From a virus (Duplodnaviria > Caudoviricetes), in the IMG/VR virus record IMGVR_UViG_3300034137_000009, positions 1 through 62,985 of that record: a DNA stretch of 62,985 nucleotides. The stretch is one strand, 5' to 3'. The notes beneath the pieces are model-generated. The model saw nothing but the letters and a program-made list of their open reading frames with translations, searched no databases and was not told the DNA's origin. The stretch's first letter is position 1, and every line of letters begins with the position of its first letter. Both the position numbers and the translations under genes were made by a program. Positions 1 through 8,108 of this stretch are shown piece after piece.

Positions 1-11
1 AAGGCTCCATC

Positions 12-671
12 ATGTCTGTCTCCACCATCACCAGCACCATCGTCGCCGACGCTCTCGCGGGTGACGCGCTGTCCTACGCGTCGGCCGACGTCAAGATCAA
101 GGCCTCCGTCCGCACGGCCCTGGCCGACCTGGCCAAGACCGCCATCATGAACAGCGACCTGGCCGGGGCGCAGGCGGCCCTCGCGGCCCAGGACCTGATC
201 AAGGGCGCGAAGATCGTCAACAAGGTCGAGGTCGACTACGCAGGCATCATCGCTCGCAAGATCGCAGTCCTCCGTGCGGCGGCCGACCGGCTCGAGGCTG
301 GCGCGGCCAACCTGCCGGACGGCGTCGAGGTGTCGACCGACGACATCGAGGCCGCCGAGGTCGACCTCGACACGGTCTTCGACGAGGCCTCCAAGATCAT
401 CGACGGCCTCAAGTTCACCTCCGGCGAGCGTGCGGCGGGTGTCGACCTGCAGGCGCACCTCGACGAGTTCCTCGCGACCGTCCAGCCTGGCTTCTACACG
501 GTCCAGCAGATCGTCAAGTTCCAGTCCGAGGTCGCACCGTCCGGTCTGGCCTCGCCCGGTGCCGTCGCTAGCCGTCTGTTCCCGGCCTCCGGCAAGGAGA
601 CCTCGTTCACCGGTGACTTCATCGTCTGCGAGCGCACGGCCAACACGCCTCGCGGCATCGAGGTCAACTAG
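12..671 (+). CDS. hypothetical protein with C-terminal putative winged-helix DNA-binding domain (paralog of 5079-6137)
   Basis: Strong C/G-ending codon bias; C-terminal PGFYTVQQI...SPGAVASRLFP aligns with the C-terminus of 5079-6137. Confidence 0.75.
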   Translation: MSVSTITSTIVADALAGDALSYASADVKIKASVRTALADLAKTAIMNSDLAGAQAALAAQDLIKGAKIVNKVEVDYAGIIARKIAVLRAAADRLEAGAANLPDGVEVSTDDIEAAEVDLDTVFDEASKIIDGLKFTSGERAAGVDLQAHLDEFLATVQPGFYTVQQIVKFQSEVAPSGLASPGAVASRLFPASGKETSFTGDFIVCERTANTPRGIEVN

Positions 672-685
672 CACCATCGGCTAGC

Positions 686-749
686 GGCAGCCCCACCCAG
701 CCCACACGGCCAGCATCGGTGTACCCGGTGCTGGCCTTGTGGCGCTGCC
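686..749 (+). repeat. intergenic hairpin, family A copy 1
   Basis: GGCCAGCATCGG-TGTAC-CCGGTGCTGGCC followed by TTGTGGCGCTGC; similar to 1812-1858. Confidence 0.7.
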
Positions 750-784
750 ACCATCCATCTCCCGATTACCTCGGAGGCTCGACC

Positions 785-1063
785 ATGACTCTCGCCATTA
801 CCTTCTTCGGTACCGCGCCCAAGGCCCTCCCGACGGAGGCCAACATCACCGGTACTGCCCTCACCCGACGCGCAGCCAGCGTGTCCACCATCGTGGAGCA
901 GGACTGCGACTTCTACCTCCCGATCTCGTCCGTCGCCTTCGACGGCAACACCTACTACCTCTGGGAGGTCGACCGCAGCACCGAGACCGCGTGGGTGTTC
1001 TCGCCCGACTCCCTCACGATGATGCAGGTGTCCTGGATGGACGCCTGCTGCCTGGGCGGCTAG
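785..1063 (+). CDS. hypothetical protein
   Basis: GGAGG RBS, ATG at 785, phage-like codon bias. Confidence 0.75.
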   Translation: MTLAITFFGTAPKALPTEANITGTALTRRAASVSTIVEQDCDFYLPISSVAFDGNTYYLWEVDRSTETAWVFSPDSLTMMQVSWMDACCLGG

Positions 1064-1088
1064 CCGCATCCAGTCACCACTCGCCGTT

Positions 1089-1141
1089 CTGCGGCCCGTT
1101 CGGCCCCGGCCTAGGCACCGGGTAGGCCGAACGGGTCGCAG
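1089..1141 (+). other. long intergenic hairpin
   Basis: 17-bp stem CTGCGGCCCGTTCGGCC / GGCCGAACGGGTCGCAG. Confidence 0.65.
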
Positions 1142-1274
1142 GCCCGCACACGGCCGCACAACCGGCCTAGCGTCCCGCTCCCGTTCCCCGTCCCACCGTC
1201 GCCCTCCCGGCACCGGCGGGACTGGGTGTGGTCGCGAGTCCACAACCCTTCCCGACACCTCATCGGAGGCTCCA

Positions 1275-1670
1275 ATGCACATCTTCGACAGCACCAAGGT
1301 CGTTCTCACCGCGAACGTCCGCTCGTTCCTCGGCAACCACCTGGCTGACGTGACCTGGGTCGAGCAGTCCGACACCGAGGGCAACCGCTGGTACGCCTGC
1401 TTCCGCCTCGACACCGACGGCGCGCCGGTCGACCTGCCGCAGTTGGAGGTCGACGACCTCCCGAACGCTGCCCGCGTGGCCGGGGAGTTGCTCTCCGGCA
1501 GCCTCCTCATCGTGCAGGCGCTCACGACCGCCGAGAACCTCGGCAAGATCGTTCTCCACCGGACCAAGTGTTCGCTCTGGAACACCGACCAGTACGAGGA
1601 CTGCGACGCCCTCCACACGACAGGCACCCCCCAGACCGGTCTCATGCTCACCCCCCAGATGGCGGTCTGA
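1275..1670 (+). CDS. hypothetical protein
   Basis: GGAGG RBS, codon bias. Confidence 0.75.
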   Translation: MHIFDSTKVVLTANVRSFLGNHLADVTWVEQSDTEGNRWYACFRLDTDGAPVDLPQLEVDDLPNAARVAGELLSGSLLIVQALTTAENLGKIVLHRTKCSLWNTDQYEDCDALHTTGTPQTGLMLTPQMAV

Positions 1671-1672
1671 TC

Positions 1673-1807
1673 ATGACGTACGTCGTCCACATCTCCCCCG
1701 GTCACACGGTCACCACCAACTCCTTCACCGAGGCCCTCAAGGTCGTCGAGCGCTGGACGGCCCAGACCGGGCGCGTTCCGGTGATCCGAGGCACCCGCCT
1801 CCGCTAG
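1673..1807 (+). CDS. small hypothetical protein (44 aa)
   Basis: ATG 2 nt after upstream stop; codon bias. Confidence 0.6.
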   Translation: MTYVVHISPGHTVTTNSFTEALKVVERWTAQTGRVPVIRGTRLR

Positions 1808-1811
1808 CGTT

Positions 1812-1858
1812 CCACCCCCGGCCACCAGGTTGTATGCCTGGTGGCCTTGGGGTGCTGC
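1812..1858 (+). repeat. intergenic hairpin, family A copy 2
   Basis: GGCCACCAGG-TTGTATG-CCTGGTGGCC followed by TTGGGGTGCTGC. Confidence 0.7.
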
Positions 1859-1907
1859 ACCCACAAGCCACGACTTCACCCCCGATCCCCCTGGATCGGG
1901 AGAGCAG

Positions 1908-1920
1908 TGGTAGAATGGTC
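1908..1920 (+). promoter_or_regulatory. extended -10 promoter (TGnTAGAAT)
   Basis: TGGTAGAATGGTC; identical 13-mer at 6702-6714. Confidence 0.65.
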
Positions 1921-1967
1921 ACGTACCCAACCCTCACCCCCGACCCAGTCAACGGGAGGCACCACCA

Positions 1968-2513
1968 ATGGCACGACACCTCACGCACGACTCGCGCATC
2001 GCCAACGTCACCCTCACCCCCGAGTACTTCAACGCCGGGCTGCTGGCCTCGGACATGCTCTACGACGCGATGATGGCTCTCAACTCCGGCTCCCCCCGCA
2101 TGGCCGACGGCGCAGGCCCCGAGGCTCGTGCCGCCGCCGCCGCGTACGCGAAGGCCAACGGAGTCCGCGTCCGTCCCGGCACCCCCGGCCCCTTCTACTA
2201 CACCGAGAAGGCGCTGCTCGAGACCCTCAAGTTGCTCTACCCCACGCAGGCCAGGCAGGTTCTCGACCGCGCCATCGAGTGCGGCGAGCGCCCCCGCAGT
2301 GCCGCTGTCTACGTGCTCGAGGAGATCATCCGAGCCGACCGCGAGAGTGCCCTCCAGGACATGCTGGAGGCCCACGACGACGGTCGTCACGTCTCCGGTG
2401 ACCCCTTCTTCATCACCAACTGCCCCGCGTGCAGGCAGGGCACTACCTCCCCCCTGGTCCAGCTCTACCCGGAGCCCACCACGATGGACAGCACCTCTTA
2501 CACCCCCTGGTAG
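1968..2513 (+). CDS. hypothetical protein
   Basis: GGGAGG RBS, codon bias, C-terminal H..H..CxxC. Confidence 0.75.
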   Translation: MARHLTHDSRIANVTLTPEYFNAGLLASDMLYDAMMALNSGSPRMADGAGPEARAAAAAYAKANGVRVRPGTPGPFYYTEKALLETLKLLYPTQARQVLDRAIECGERPRSAAVYVLEEIIRADRESALQDMLEAHDDGRHVSGDPFFITNCPACRQGTTSPLVQLYPEPTTMDSTSYTPW

Positions 2514-2517
2514 ACGC

Positions 2518-2580
2518 TAGTCTGTCACACCTGCTACCCCCCAGGTCACGTACCTGGGGGCTCCAGGCGTAGTCAGCCTA
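2518..2580 (+). repeat. intergenic hairpin, family B (divergent copy)
   Basis: TAGTCTG...CAGCCTA base stem with T/C mismatch, internal loop, ACACCTG/CAGGCGT, top stem with CACGT loop. Confidence 0.6.
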
Positions 2581-2605
2581 CCTACCCTCACCCACGAGGA
2601 GTCAC

Positions 2606-3100
2606 GTGTCCGAGTCCATCTACCAGCGCCTCATGATCGTCGCGAGGCTGACCGGTACCCCCTACAAGCTCCGGCCTTACGAGCGCGTCCTCTCGATCGA
2701 GGTCACCCCCAAGAAGGTGGCGATCACATCGGAGCGCTTCACCATCGTCGAGTCCCCCCGGTCGGTCAAGCAGACGGCTCGGTTCATCAGCCTCACCGTC
2801 GTCTCCCCCAACAACACCGGTGGCTGGGTGTCCGACTTCGTCACGATGCCGGACCCGGACTTCACCCCCAAGATCATCGACACCACCATCACCTCCCCCC
2901 TCGAGTCCGAGTACAGGGACCGCCTCGCCTACGAGGGCATGTGCTACCGGCCCGGTCGAGGCACCGACTACGAGCGCGTCGGCGAGGAGTTGGTCCGAGC
3001 CTACAACAAGTTGGACGGTACCCCCCGCGAGCAGCGTGTCTTCCGCGACCGTGACGGCAACCTCGACACACCCGAGTCCCCCAGCTACTCCTACTCCTAA
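2606..3100 (+). CDS. hypothetical protein
   Basis: GAGGAG RBS, GTG start, codon bias. Confidence 0.75.
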   Translation: MSESIYQRLMIVARLTGTPYKLRPYERVLSIEVTPKKVAITSERFTIVESPRSVKQTARFISLTVVSPNNTGGWVSDFVTMPDPDFTPKIIDTTITSPLESEYRDRLAYEGMCYRPGRGTDYERVGEELVRAYNKLDGTPREQRVFRDRDGNLDTPESPSYSYS

Positions 3101-3116
3101 CCAGGAAGGCAACACA

Positions 3117-3287
3117 GTGAAGATCAAGCTCACCCCCCGAGGCACACTCGTCTCCCGTCTGGCCGGGGGCGTACTCGTCGTCGGCGTCGGCATCGCCCTC
3201 CCCCACATCAGCCCCTACACCCGCGCACTCGACGCGGCAGCCGTCGCACCCACCCAGTCCCCCGGCGCTACCGGAGCCACCAAGTGA
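3117..3287 (+). CDS. small membrane protein
   Basis: GGAAGG RBS, GTG start, one hydrophobic segment. Confidence 0.6.
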   Translation: MKIKLTPRGTLVSRLAGGVLVVGVGIALPHISPYTRALDAAAVAPTQSPGATGATK

Positions 3288-3655
3288 CCAACCCCACCGA
3301 GCCCACCATCGAGCTGCTCACCGAGGAGCTGTACCTGCTCCGCTACAAGATCACGCTGCCCTCGGGCGTCGTGCTCCTGGTCGACGACGAGACCAACACC
3401 AGCAACCTGACCCGCGCCACCCCCCAGGTCGACGTCTGGGTCAACTTCCCCGAGGGCGCTGGTACGGTCGAGGTCGGTGACACCCCCGCCGACGGCTTTG
3501 CTACCTGGACCTGCGACACCGCCCCCCGCAAGGAACTCTGCGCCTGCCTCGGCGTCGACGGTCGCACCCCCTGTGACCGCGAGGCGGTGCCCCCCGGCAT
3601 CCTCTGCCGCGACTGCCAGCACAACGGCTGCGGTCGCCTCGCCCCGATGCCCTAG
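3284..3655 (+). CDS. hypothetical protein with Cys-rich C-terminus
   Basis: GTGA coupling; CAC, CRDC and other Cys residues. Confidence 0.7.
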   Translation: MTNPTEPTIELLTEELYLLRYKITLPSGVVLLVDDETNTSNLTRATPQVDVWVNFPEGAGTVEVGDTPADGFATWTCDTAPRKELCACLGVDGRTPCDREAVPPGILCRDCQHNGCGRLAPMP

Positions 3656-3713
3656 GTCTGATCGTGCCCCCCAGCCACGTCCTGCACGTGGCTGGGTGGG
3701 GGCGTCCCAGCCC
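3655..3713 (+). repeat. intergenic hairpin, family B
   Basis: GGTCTG-ATC-GTGCCCC...GGGTGGGGGCGT-CC-CAGCCC. Confidence 0.85.
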
Positions 3714-3740
3714 ACCACTCCGAACCGGAAGGCACCACCC

Positions 3741-4103
3741 GTGACCATCGAGATCAAGGACTGCAGCATCCTCCCCAGCACCGTGTCTGGCCTGTGCGAC
3801 AACATGGACTGGCTCAACGTCGCCAGCATCCTCGGCATCGGCACCAGCCACAATCTCTGGGTTGACAACGCTGGTACCTACTTCTACCTCGTCTCCCCCG
3901 AGCACCAGGGCAGCCGCCAGGGCATCGAGACGTGGTCCCGCACCCCCCAGATCGGCAAGCAGATCGGCTGGAACCGCGAGATCTCCCCCGAGCCCACCGT
4001 CGAGGACCGCTCCCAGGTCATGGCTCTGGCCTACCAGTACGTCGCGCAGCAGGCCATCAACGAGGTGCGCGCCGAGTTCATGAGTTACATCACCCCCCAG
4101 TAG
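3741..4103 (+). CDS. hypothetical protein
   Basis: GGAAGG RBS, GTG start, codon bias. Confidence 0.75.
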   Translation: MTIEIKDCSILPSTVSGLCDNMDWLNVASILGIGTSHNLWVDNAGTYFYLVSPEHQGSRQGIETWSRTPQIGKQIGWNREISPEPTVEDRSQVMALAYQYVAQQAINEVRAEFMSYITPQ

Positions 4104-4160
4104 GTCTGAACGTGCCGCCTGCCCCCGTCCTGTACGGGGGCAGGTGGGGCGTACCAGACC
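4103..4160 (+). repeat. intergenic hairpin, family B
   Basis: GGTCTG-AAC-GTGCC...GGTGGGGCGT-AC-CAGACC. Confidence 0.85.
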
Positions 4161-4185
4161 ACCACCCGAGACACACGGAGGCACC

Positions 4186-4677
4186 ATGCTCAACATCAAG
4201 AAGGTCAACGCTCACGCGGTCAAGATCAACCGGCCCAGTCCTCCCCTTGGCTACACCGGCAACGTGTACCTCACCATCCCGGCCAGCAACATCGGCCTCA
4301 ACCAGCGGGCAGAGGACCCCGAGACGCCCTGGGACACGTACTTCGAGTTCTCCGTCTACGTGGACGGCAACATCTTCCACTACCAGGCGGCGTACAACGA
4401 GCCCGAGGGGTACTGGGAGCTGTCGATGTGGGACAGCTTCCGGCGCTGCGGATCGTGCTCGGCCAACGAGGTTCACACCATCCCCACCGACGCGCAGTTC
4501 TACCTCCGACTGGAGCGGATGAACAGCAATGGCATCTTCCTCGGCTCCCCCGGCCGGGTGTTCGAGGAGGTGTTCGCCAAGCACGGCACCTACAGCGTCT
4601 GCCCGAACGGCACAGGCACCCACCCCCTGACCCGGCCGGAGGCGAACAAGATCGCCATGCGCTACGGGCGGGTCTGA
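4186..4677 (+). CDS. hypothetical protein
   Basis: GGAGG RBS, codon bias. Confidence 0.75.
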   Translation: MLNIKKVNAHAVKINRPSPPLGYTGNVYLTIPASNIGLNQRAEDPETPWDTYFEFSVYVDGNIFHYQAAYNEPEGYWELSMWDSFRRCGSCSANEVHTIPTDAQFYLRLERMNSNGIFLGSPGRVFEEVFAKHGTYSVCPNGTGTHPLTRPEANKIAMRYGRV

Positions 4678-4811
4678 TGTCCAAGGTGATCTCCTCCTGG
4701 CCCACCACCCAGGCCGGCTGGTGCGCGCTCTACAAGCGCCTCGACCGGGAGTTCAAGACAACCACCAACTCCCCCCTGCACCACGACAACAGGTGCCCGC
4801 GTTGTAGGTAG
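4677..4811 (+). CDS. small hypothetical protein with HH..CxxC
   Basis: TGATG coupling; codon bias. Confidence 0.55.
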   Translation: MSKVISSWPTTQAGWCALYKRLDREFKTTTNSPLHHDNRCPRCR

Positions 4812-4896
4812 CCCAGCTACTACTTCGCCACTCTAGTAGCACTCGTGCGCCAGATACGGTAAACTAGCCGCATGGCCCACCCGTATCTACACGCCA

Positions 4897-4942
4897 GTCA
4901 CACCCAGTCACAGCCGGTAGTTCGGTTGTGGCTGGGTGTGAC
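4897..4942 (+). other. 20-bp intergenic hairpin
   Basis: GTCACACCCAGTCACAGCCG / CGGTTGTGGCTGGGTGTGAC with G-T pairs on the + strand. Confidence 0.7.
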
Positions 4943-5078
4943 GGCTACCCGTAGGGCGATCCCCCCGAAGTCTTGACCGTGCCCCGTGTCTATGGTTGGC
5001 TCAACCGTAGGCGCGGGGGACGGCCAGCAGGCTGTCCCACCACCCGACCCGACACAATGCCCCGGAGGCAAGTTCATC

Positions 5079-6137
5079 ATGGCCCGTCGTCCCCGCAACA
5101 CCGAGTCCACCGACACCACCACCACGGAGGCCACCGAGGCCACCACCACCCCCACCCCCACCGAGGAGAACACCGTGACCGCCACCACCGAGGCCCCCGT
5201 CGAGGCCGACGCCAGCACCGAGGCCGTCGAGGCCACCATCGAGGCGAACGACACCGAGACGCCCGCCGAGACGCCCGCCCCCGCCGAGGTCGACCTCAGC
5301 GCGTTCGAGGCGGCCGTCAAGGCCGCCGTCGAGGCCGGCGAGGAGGAGCGCGACCCCTCCACCGGCACCCTGGCCGAGGCGCTCGTCAAGCCGGTCCAGG
5401 CCGCCTACCGCGAGCTCGAGGGCATCAAGGGCAAGAACGCCGCCAAGAAGTTCCTCAACGAGGCGATGCGCGACGCGGTCAACAGCACCGACATCCAGCT
5501 GGCGCGCAGCTACATGCAGCTCAACGACGCCTGCACCGCCGCCCCCTCCGGCGGCGGAGCGGCCAAGGCCGAGCGCGTTCCGGCTGACCCCACCCAGGCG
5601 CACGTCGACCGCCTCGGCACGCTCTACCTCGCGGCCGAGCTCGTCACCGCCAACCGCCCCGAGAACGTCGACGAGGCGGCCGCGACCGAGAAGCTCGACG
5701 ACCTGCTCGAGTCGGCCCGCGAGCAGGCCGACGGCTACCTCGCCTGGGTGACCCGCACCCCCGTCGCCGAGGGCGAGGAGGACGCGGCCGAGCCCGAGGC
5801 CTCCGCCGTTGTCAAGGCCGCCGTCAAGCTGGCGCTCGGCAAGACCGCGAAGGTCGGCGGCACGACCCGCTCCGCTTCCACCGGCAGCGCGTCGACCGGC
5901 GACGGCACCCGCAAGAACATCGCCAAGCACATCGCGGAGGTGTTCGAGAACGTCGAGCCCGGCACGTTCCTGACCGTCGCCGAGATCCGCAAGGTGAGCA
6001 CGTCCGAGTACCCGGACAGCCCGCCGTCGGCCGGTGCGATCAGCAGCCGCCTGTTCCCCGACAGCGGCAACTGCACGATCGAGGGCATCACCCCCGGCCA
6101 GAACGCCGAGGGCAACCGCGGCGCCTCCAAGCCGTAG
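5079..6137 (+). CDS. acidic protein with T/E/A-rich N-terminus and C-terminal putative winged-helix domain
   Basis: GGAGG RBS, very strong codon bias; C-terminal PGTFLTVAEI...PPSAGAISSRLFP. Confidence 0.85.
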   Translation: MARRPRNTESTDTTTTEATEATTTPTPTEENTVTATTEAPVEADASTEAVEATIEANDTETPAETPAPAEVDLSAFEAAVKAAVEAGEEERDPSTGTLAEALVKPVQAAYRELEGIKGKNAAKKFLNEAMRDAVNSTDIQLARSYMQLNDACTAAPSGGGAAKAERVPADPTQAHVDRLGTLYLAAELVTANRPENVDEAAATEKLDDLLESAREQADGYLAWVTRTPVAEGEEDAAEPEASAVVKAAVKLALGKTAKVGGTTRSASTGSASTGDGTRKNIAKHIAEVFENVEPGTFLTVAEIRKVSTSEYPDSPPSAGAISSRLFPDSGNCTIEGITPGQNAEGNRGASKP

Positions 6138-6149
6138 CACCTCCAGGCC

Positions 6150-6181
6150 TCACCCCCGCAGCCAGCAGGCTGCGGGGGTGA
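6150..6181 (+). terminator. GC-rich hairpin, possible terminator (overlaps an alternative structure)
   Basis: TCACCCCCGCAGCC-AGCA-GGCTGCGGGGGTGA just after stop; no U-tract. Confidence 0.5.
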
Positions 6182-6299
6182 CCCTGTCTCGGCACACACG
6201 CGGTTCGTTGGGTCGCCACAAGCGATGTCCACTGGCTCTAGCGTGTGTGCCGGGTCAAGGTCACCCCCGACCTACCCCTACTCTCCCCTAGGAGAAGGC

Positions 6300-6689
6300 A
6301 TGTCCATGCTCATGTCCACTCGCGGCATCGTCGAGGCCTGGGCCACGCGGTCCAACGTCAGCCTCGACAAGCTCAACATCGACAAGGTGCGCGAGGACGC
6401 CTCCCCCGGCGACAGCGACTTCTACCTCCCGAACACCGTCGAGATCGAGATCATCTACGACGGCTCGGTCGACGAGGAGTTCTGCATCGACGAGCTGTAC
6501 GCGGTCAACGTCGTAGACGACTGCCTCGTCCCCGACCTCATCGCCCACGCGGCGAAGTCCGACTCCCCCGAGTGGACCGTCTACGTCAGGCGCGTCTCCG
6601 GCGAGCACGGCGACTACGCCGAGGCCGAGCACCTGTTCGAGCGAACGGGTGACGGCAGCGGTGTCACCGAGGCACTGGGTGACCGGTAG
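6300..6689 (+). CDS. acidic hypothetical protein
   Basis: AGGAGAAGG RBS, codon bias. Confidence 0.75.
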   Translation: MSMLMSTRGIVEAWATRSNVSLDKLNIDKVREDASPGDSDFYLPNTVEIEIIYDGSVDEEFCIDELYAVNVVDDCLVPDLIAHAAKSDSPEWTVYVRRVSGEHGDYAEAEHLFERTGDGSGVTEALGDR

Positions 6690-6701
6690 ACTTAAGTCGT
6701 A

Positions 6702-6714
6702 TGGTAGAATGGTC
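6702..6714 (+). promoter_or_regulatory. extended -10 promoter (TGnTAGAAT)
   Basis: TGGTAGAATGGTC, identical to 1908-1920. Confidence 0.65.
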
Positions 6715-6753
6715 CTACGGCACCCGCCTACCCTACTCTCCGATGGAGAAGGC

Positions 6754-6990
6754 ATGACCCACACCGCTACCCCCCAGTGCGTGTTCTGCTCCGCACCCTA
6801 CAGCCGCGCTCGTCTCGACGAGCTCGGCTACATGCACTGCCCCGCCGACCTGTGCGTCGCCAAGTGGCGCAAGCACAAGCTCGAGACTGAGTTCCGTCTC
6901 GACCTCGTTCCCAAGGTCGGGTTCGCCATCACTCACCGCACTGACCCCACCATGGTCACGGCAGGCCGTTCCTCCGGCCGTTCGGTCTGA
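6754..6990 (+). CDS. small C4 zinc-finger protein
   Basis: CVFC...HCPADLC; GGAGAAGG RBS. Confidence 0.7.
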   Translation: MTHTATPQCVFCSAPYSRARLDELGYMHCPADLCVAKWRKHKLETEFRLDLVPKVGFAITHRTDPTMVTAGRSSGRSV

Positions 6991-7043
6991 TTGTGCCCCT
7001 CGGTCACGTCTCGCTACGTGACCGGGTGGGGGCATCCCAGCCC
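6984..7043 (+). repeat. intergenic hairpin, family B
   Basis: GGTCTG-ATT-GTGCCCC...GGGTGGGGGCAT-CC-CAGCCC. Confidence 0.85.
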
Positions 7044-7068
7044 ACTCAAGTGACTGTCCTAGGAGGAC

Positions 7069-7314
7069 ATGATGAGCACACCGAAGATGAAGCGTCAGGC
7101 CGATGGCTCGCGTCACCGCGACCGTCGCCACCAGGAGGCGCTGGAGCGCAACCGGCTCCCGATGTGGGAGCGCGCCCTGCTCGATGCAACCGCCCCGGTC
7201 GGGCAGCTCGCCAAGCTCGACGACCGACTCGGTACCGACAGGGGTGCCGCCAAGGAGCGGGCACGACTCATGGCAATGCTGACCCCCGCTCAGCTGGCCG
7301 ACCGGAAGGTCTGA
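7069..7314 (+). CDS. hypothetical protein
   Basis: AGGAGG RBS; fits between two family B hairpins. Confidence 0.7.
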   Translation: MMSTPKMKRQADGSRHRDRRHQEALERNRLPMWERALLDATAPVGQLAKLDDRLGTDRGAAKERARLMAMLTPAQLADRKV

Positions 7315-7366
7315 ACATGCCCCCCAGCCACGGCTCGCCCGTGGCTGGGTGGGGGTGTACCAGCCC
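7308..7366 (+). repeat. intergenic hairpin, family B
   Basis: GGTCTG-AAC-ATGCCCC...GGGTGGGGGTGT-AC-CAGCCC. Confidence 0.85.
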
Positions 7367-7391
7367 ACTACTCCTCACGGAAGGCAACAGC

Positions 7392-8108
7392 ATGGCAAGC
7401 ATCATCTGCCGTAACGGTACCGACCACCAGCACACCTCGGTGCTGGACAGCAAGATCTGCTGGGGCATCGTTCGCCCGCCTGCCCCACCGGCCCCTGTCG
7501 TGCCCCTTACCTGGCGCGAGCGTCCTGCCACCGAGTCGCAGATCAAGTACATCAAGTCGCTGGGCGGTGACGAGGCGCGTGCCCGCCGCATGACGGGCCT
7601 GCAGGCATCCGACGAGATCGACCGACTCAAGAGGAACCCCCGACCCATGACTCCTGTTCAGCCCGAGCGCGACTCGCGTACCAAGATGATCGTCGGCCTC
7701 ATCGACTCCGTCCCCTCCGGCTACTTCGCCGTGCAGGAGGCCGACGGTCGACCGGTGACCTTCATGCGTATCAGCCGTCCGAAGCACGGCAACTTCAAGG
7801 ACGCGATCAAGGTTCAGACCCAGCACGGCCCCGAGTTCAAGGACGCCTGGGCCTACTGGCCCGCGACCGACAAGCTCATGCACATCAGGGGCCCGTGGGG
7901 CGACGTCTCCCCCCAGCTGCTCATGCTCATCGCCGACTGGCAGGGCTCGACCATGCGTTACAGCCGTCTCATCGGCAAGTGCGGCCGCTGCAACCTGGCG
8001 CTGACCGACGACCGCAGCCGCTACTACGGCATCGGTCCTGACTGCGAGCAGGTCTGGCCGTGGTTCATCGACGAGGTCGACGAGATCAAGGGCCCGTACC
8101 GCCGATGA
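7392..8108 (+). CDS. DUF6011-like zinc-finger protein
   Basis: C-terminal CGRCNLALTDDRSRYYGIGPDC; internal PATESQIKYIKSL motif. Confidence 0.7.
   Translation: MASIICRNGTDHQHTSVLDSKICWGIVRPPAPPAPVVPLTWRERPATESQIKYIKSLGGDEARARRMTGLQASDEIDRLKRNPRPMTPVQPERDSRTKMIVGLIDSVPSGYFAVQEADGRPVTFMRISRPKHGNFKDAIKVQTQHGPEFKDAWAYWPATDKLMHIRGPWGDVSPQLLMLIADWQGSTMRYSRLIGKCGRCNLALTDDRSRYYGIGPDCEQVWPWFIDEVDEIKGPYRR

Noticed and set aside
2518-7366. CRISPR or TIGR-type array interpretation of the repeats
   Set aside because: Units are separated by whole genes of variable length, not short spacers; no Cas1/Cas2 or Nop-domain gene was recognised
3655-7366. Canonical integron attC sites
   Set aside because: No RYYYAAC/GTTRRRY cores, wobble pairs favour the sense strand, and the recombinase lacks an IntI insertion; kept only as an analogy
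3655-7366. Hammerhead ribozyme or box C/D motif suggested by CTGA
   Set aside because: No CUGANGA plus GAAA core and no box C partner
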